Assembly: GCA_963751275.1 (NCBI GenBank)
Contig: CAVVTZ010000009.1
Coordinates: forward strand, 352,001-416,000
DNA length: 64,000 bases
Source: an uncultured Gemmatimonadaceae bacterium
GTDB lineage: Bacteria; Gemmatimonadota; Gemmatimonadetes; Gemmatimonadales; Gemmatimonadaceae
Direction: 5' to 3'
The translations under genes were made by a program, and so were the position numbers. Shown here one piece after another: positions 59,759 to 64,000 of this stretch (position 1 is its first letter; each line of letters opens with the position of its first letter). The notes under the pieces are model-generated. The model saw nothing but the letters and a program-made list of their open reading frames with translations, searched no databases and was not told where the DNA came from.

Positions 59759-61929
59759 GGCGTCGCGGGCTGCGGTGCGGGTGGCATGGCCGGTTTCATG
59801 CCGAGGTTCGCGACCGTGAACGCGAGCTCATCCGCGGTGACGTCGAGCACCTTGTCCAGCGGCTTGCCCCCGCCGTGGCCGGCCTTGGTCTCCACGCGGA
59901 TCAGCACCGGCGCGGGCCCCGCCTGATCCGCCTGCAACGTCGCTGCGAATTTGAACGAATGCCCCGGAACCACCCGATCGTCGTGATCGCCCGTGGTGAC
60001 CAGCGTCGCCGGGTAGCGCACGCCCGGGCGGATGTTCTGCAGCGGCGAGTACCTGATCAGATAGGCGAACTGCGCGGAGTCGTCGGACGAACCGTACTCG
60101 ACCTTCCATCCCCAGCCCGCCGTGAACTTCTGGTAGCGGAGCATGTCCATCACGCCCACCGCGGGGAGCGCGACGCCGAACAGTTCCGGCCGCTGCGTCA
60201 TCACCGCGCCCACCAGCAGGCCGCCGTTCGAGCCGCCCTGGATCGCGAGCTTCGACGGCTCCGTGTACTTCTCGCCCACGAGATATTCCGCGGCCGCGAT
60301 GAAATCGTCGAACACGTTCTGCTTCTTCTCGAACATCGCGGCCTGGTGCCACGCCTCGCCGAACTCGCTCCCGCCGCGGATGTTCGCCACGGCGTACACG
60401 CCGCCCAGCTCGAGCCACATGATCCGGTTCGGCGAGAACGCCGGCAGCGATGGGATGTTGAACCCGCCGTAACCGTAGAGCAGCGTGGGATTCTGCCCGT
60501 TGAGCAGCAGTCCCTTCTTCGCCGTGATGAACATCGGCACGCGCGTGCCGTCCTTGCTCTTGTAGAAGACCTGGCGCGTCTCGTACTTGGACGGGTCGAA
60601 CGTGAGCTTCGGCTCGAAGAAGACCGACGAGGTCTTCTTGTCGAGCAGGTAGCGGAAGATCGTCGGCGGCTGGAGGTACGACGCGAAGCTGTAGAACAGC
60701 TCCGGCTCGTCGGGCTGGCCCGACAGGCCGCCGATGGTCCCGATCCCCGGCAGCGACAACTCGGCCACGGAGCGGCCATAGACGTTGAACAGCCGCAAGA
60801 TCGAATGCGCGTTGTGCAGGTAGTTGACCACGAAGTGGCCGCCGATCAGCTCGACGCTCTCGATCTTGTCCTCCATCTCCGGTACGAGCACGGTCGGGGT
60901 GAGGCGCTGCCCCTGATCGATGTTGGCGCGCACGATCCGGCCGCGCGGCGCGTTGAGGTCGGTGAGGACGAAGAAATCGTCGCCGGCGTTGTCGATGAAG
61001 CGGTACGTCGCGTCGAACCGGTCGATGATCTTCACCAATGGATTGTGGATGTTGGGGTCGCCCGGGTCATCCAGGTCCATGAAGTAGAGCCGGTTCTTCG
61101 GGCTCGTGCCTTCCGTGATCGTGAGGATCAGGAACTCCCCATCATCGTTCACCTCGCCGCGCACGTACCACTCGGGCTGGTCGGGGCGATCCCAGATCTT
61201 GACGTCCTTCGACTGCGGATCGCCGAGCTTGTGATAGTAGAGCTTCTGTCCCTTGCTCGCGGCGAGCAGCGCGCTGTCGGCGGTGGGCTCGGCGTAGCGC
61301 GAGTAGAAGAATCCGCGGTTGTCCTTCGTCCACGCGATGCTCGTGAATTTCGCCCAACGCACCGTGTCCTTGAGGTCCTTCAGCGACTCGACGTCGCGCA
61401 CGCGGATCTCCTGCCAATCGGATCCGCTCACGTTCACGGCGTAGCCGAGGTAGCGCGCGTTGCGGCTGGGCGCCCAGCTGCTCAGCGCCACCGTGCCGTC
61501 GGCGCTCAGCGTGTTCGGGTCGAGCACGATCTTCTTCTCGCCGTTCGACACGCGCTGCGCGTAGATCACCGGCTGGTTCTGCAGCCCCGTGTTGTAACTG
61601 TAGAAGTACGTCTTCTCGCGGCGGATCGGGATGCCCTCGCGCGCGTAATCCCAGAGCGTCCCGAGGCGTTGGCGGATCATCGGTCGCTCGGGGATCGTCG
61701 CGAGGTACGAGAAGGTCAGCGTGTTCTCGGCGTCGATCCAATCGCGGACTTCGGGGTCGTTCGTATTCTCGAGCCAGCGGTAGGGATCGGCGACGGAGGT
61801 GCCGAAGAAGTCGTCGACCTGGCCGCTCTTGCGCGTCTCGGGGTACTTGAGCGGCGCCTGCCCGGGCAGAGAGATCGCGGCGGCGGCGAGGATCGCGAGG
61901 GAGGGACGGCTGAGCTGGGCGAGTCGCAT
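59755..61929 (-). CDS. Prolyl oligopeptidase (S9A), exported
   Basis: Signal peptide, VADPYRWLE, YGYGGF, NIRGGSEFGEAWH, GGSNGGLL, DHDDRV, KAGHGGGK. Confidence 0.97.
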   Translation of the reverse strand: MRLAQLSRPSLAILAAAAISLPGQAPLKYPETRKSGQVDDFFGTSVADPYRWLENTNDPEVRDWIDAENTLTFSYLATIPERPMIRQRLGTLWDYAREGIPIRREKTYFYSYNTGLQNQPVIYAQRVSNGEKKIVLDPNTLSADGTVALSSWAPSRNARYLGYAVNVSGSDWQEIRVRDVESLKDLKDTVRWAKFTSIAWTKDNRGFFYSRYAEPTADSALLAASKGQKLYYHKLGDPQSKDVKIWDRPDQPEWYVRGEVNDDGEFLILTITEGTSPKNRLYFMDLDDPGDPNIHNPLVKIIDRFDATYRFIDNAGDDFFVLTDLNAPRGRIVRANIDQGQRLTPTVLVPEMEDKIESVELIGGHFVVNYLHNAHSILRLFNVYGRSVAELSLPGIGTIGGLSGQPDEPELFYSFASYLQPPTIFRYLLDKKTSSVFFEPKLTFDPSKYETRQVFYKSKDGTRVPMFITAKKGLLLNGQNPTLLYGYGGFNIPSLPAFSPNRIMWLELGGVYAVANIRGGSEFGEAWHQAAMFEKKQNVFDDFIAAAEYLVGEKYTEPSKLAIQGGSNGGLLVGAVMTQRPELFGVALPAVGVMDMLRYQKFTAGWGWKVEYGSSDDSAQFAYLIRYSPLQNIRPGVRYPATLVTTGDHDDRVVPGHSFKFAATLQADQAGPAPVLIRVETKAGHGGGKPLDKVLDVTADELAFTVANLGMKPAMPPAPQPATP

Positions 61930-62012
61930 GGGCACGGTGCGAAAGGGCGGTTCGGGGAGCGGGACGCTCCCCGTCCAGAATCTACACCGCAAAACTTGGA
62001 AAGGCGCGAGGG

Positions 62013-62139
62013 GAACCGCTGACGGCGAGGGTGACACCGCTGAGAGCGCCTGTGGTCGTTGACCTGTGGCAACAGCGATGTAGTTGCTACACGTCAACGA
62101 TCACAGGCGCCGTCAGCGGCGTCACCCTCGCCGTTTGCG
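62013..62139. repeat. Palindromic element family H, copy 1 (upstream of the M48 gene)
   Basis: About 55-bp imperfect arms ACGGCGAGGGTGACACCGCTGA..GCGCCTGTGGTCGTTGACCTGTGGCAAC / GTTGCTACACGTCAACGATCACAGGCGC..TCAGCGGCGTCACCCTCGCCGT. Confidence 0.85.
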
Positions 62140-62216
62140 TTGCAGGGGCCCTCCGCAATCGCGCCGCGCGCGCGAACATCGAGCACCAGGTCGATCCACC
62201 CTCCCAGGTGCCCATC

Positions 62217-63536
62217 ATGACTTTGTTCCGTCGTTCCATCTTCGTATTCGCGCTCCTGCTCGCAGGGACGGCTTCCGCCCAGACGCCGGCTCCTCTCGCG
62301 ACGCTGCCCGCCCCGCCCGCGGCGGCATCCGGCGCGTCGGGCTCCATCGACGTCGCGGCGACGACGCGCGCCTATCTCGACGTCCTCACGCCGGAGCAGA
62401 AGGCGAAGTCGGACGCGTATTTCGAGGGCGGCTATTGGCTCATCCTTTGGAACTTCCTCTGGGTGTCCGCGATCTACCTGCTGCTCCTGCAGACCGGGAT
62501 GTCGGCGAAAATGCGCGACCGGGCGGAGCGGATGACCCGCTTCAAGCCCGTGCAGACGTTGATCCACGGTTTCCAGTTCCTCGTGGTGCTCACCGTGCTC
62601 GAGTTGCCCATCAACTTCTACGAGAACTACGTGCGCGAGCACGCGTACGGGATGTCGAACCTCACGGCGCCCGCCTGGTTCGGCGAGGAAGCGAAAGGGT
62701 TCGTGATCTCGCTCGTGCTGGGCGGCATCGCGCTCATGGGACTCTACGGCATCGTGCGCCGCATCCCGCGCACCTGGTGGGTCTGGGGGAGCATCGCCGC
62801 GATCGCCTTCTCGGCGTTCATTGCCGTGATCGCGCCGGTGGCGATCTCACCGGTGTTCAACCACCCCACGCGCCTCGCCGACCAGCGGGTGGTGCAGCCG
62901 ATTCTCTCCCTGGCGCGCGCGAACGGGATCGACGCGAAAGAAGTCTGGCAGATCGACGCCTCGAAGCAGACGAAGCGCATGAGCGCGAACGTGAGCGGCC
63001 TGCTCGGCACCGAGCGGATCACACTCAATGACAATCTCCTGGCGCGCGCGTCACTCCCCGAGATCGAGGCCGTGATGGGTCACGAGATGGGGCACTACGT
63101 GCTCAACCACGTCTACAAAGGATTGATGGAGATCGGGATCATCCTCGTGATCGGCTTCGCGCTCGTGAACCTCTTCTTCGAGCGGCTGCGCGTGCGCTAC
63201 GAGGCGAAGTGGCAGGTGCGCGGCATCGGGGACCTCGCGGGGCTGCCGCTGGTGGCGCTCCTCTTCGGCGCCTACTTCTTCCTGATGACGCCGGTGCTCA
63301 ACTCGGTGATCCGCACGCAGGAATACGAGGCCGACATATTCGGCCTGAACGCCTCGCGTCAGCCCGACGGCTTCGCGCAGGCCGCGCTCCACCTGAGTGA
63401 GTATCGCAAGATGGAGCCGGGGCCGATCGAGGAAATGCTCTTCTACGACCACCCGAGCGGGCGGACGAGGATCTACAGTGCGATGCGATGGAAGGCGGAA
63501 CATCCGGAGACGTGGGAGGCCCCAACGGCGAGGTAG
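62217..63536 (+). CDS. M48 (Ste24/CAAX-like) zinc metallopeptidase
   Basis: Signal peptide, multi-TM, DASKQTKRMSANVSG, AVMGHEMGHY (HExxH), EYEADIFG, YDHPS. Confidence 0.93.
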   Translation: MTLFRRSIFVFALLLAGTASAQTPAPLATLPAPPAAASGASGSIDVAATTRAYLDVLTPEQKAKSDAYFEGGYWLILWNFLWVSAIYLLLLQTGMSAKMRDRAERMTRFKPVQTLIHGFQFLVVLTVLELPINFYENYVREHAYGMSNLTAPAWFGEEAKGFVISLVLGGIALMGLYGIVRRIPRTWWVWGSIAAIAFSAFIAVIAPVAISPVFNHPTRLADQRVVQPILSLARANGIDAKEVWQIDASKQTKRMSANVSGLLGTERITLNDNLLARASLPEIEAVMGHEMGHYVLNHVYKGLMEIGIILVIGFALVNLFFERLRVRYEAKWQVRGIGDLAGLPLVALLFGAYFFLMTPVLNSVIRTQEYEADIFGLNASRQPDGFAQAALHLSEYRKMEPGPIEEMLFYDHPSGRTRIYSAMRWKAEHPETWEAPTAR

Positions 63537-63542
63537 CGCGTT

Positions 63543-63703
63543 GAACCGCTGACGGCGAGTGTGACGACGCTGAAGGCGCCTGTGACGTGTGAGACGTGTA
63601 GCAACGGCCGCGGCGTGGGTAGTTGCCACACGTCTCACACGTCACAGTCGCCCCCAGCGGTGTCAGACTCGCCGTCAGCGTCGTCACACTCGCCGTCAGC
63701 GGT
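63543..63703. repeat. Palindromic element family H, copy 2 (downstream of the M48 gene)
   Basis: Starts with the same GAACCGCTGACGGCGAG-GTGAC as copy 1. Long imperfect arms, with one extra 21-nt unit in the right arm. Confidence 0.85.
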
Positions 63704-63717
63704 GCGAGGCCCGACCT

Positions 63718-64000
63718 TCAGACGGCGGAAAGCGCCTGCTCCAGGTCCGCGATGATATCTTCGTAATGCTCCACGCCAATCGACAGCCGCACCATGGACG
63801 CCGTGATCCCCATGCGCGCCTTCCCCTCCGCGGTCACGTCGGCGTGCGTCATGCTCGCCGGATGCTCGGCCAATGATTCCGTGCCGCCCAGGCTCACCGC
63901 CAGTTTGATCAGCGTGAGCGCGTCGAGCAGCCGGAACGCCTCGGGCATCCCGCCCTTCACATCGAACGAGATCATGGAACCGGCCGCGGTGCACTGGCGC
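63718..64000 (-). CDS. PLP-dependent trans-sulfuration enzyme (Cys/Met metabolism family), C-terminal part
   Basis: [50 protein letters not shown]. Confidence 0.92.
   Translation of the reverse strand, partial: RQCTAAGSMISFDVKGGMPEAFRLLDALTLIKLAVSLGGTESLAEHPASMTHADVTAEGKARMGITASMVRLSIGVEHYEDIIADLEQALSAV

Noticed and set aside
1..64000. Prophage, transposase, integrase, defence system, tRNA or rRNA genes
   Set aside because: No recognisable motifs in any frame. GC and codon style look uniform, with no island-like segment.

Overview
64 kb of very GC-rich bacterial chromosome (about 70% by eye). Gene content and style suggest Gemmatimonadota, which is inference only. It is mostly core and metabolic genes: leuS, a xanthine-dehydrogenase-family molybdo-flavo-FeS enzyme resembling 4-hydroxybenzoyl-CoA reductase coupled to kup, an ECF sigma/anti-sigma-TolC-MFP-MacB operon, a TetR-TolC-EmrAB operon, a coupled polX-nth-EVE DNA repair cluster, an ECF transporter, many peptidases plus an OPT transporter, and metH with a bifunctional Hcy-methyltransferase/MTHFR under a SAM-II-like riboswitch. 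About a dozen genes, including the essential leuS, carry frameshifts, most likely indel errors in the assembly. I saw no tRNA, rRNA, CRISPR array, transposase or phage gene. The most unusual signal is non-coding: at least eight distinct families of 50-190 bp palindromic elements, most built from tandem 7-, 9-, 21- or 28-nt units. Several occur twice, one pair has fully swapped inner stems, one pair brackets a single gene, and one family sits in-frame at the equivalent linker of both methionine-synthesis genes. Many genes also look leaderless.
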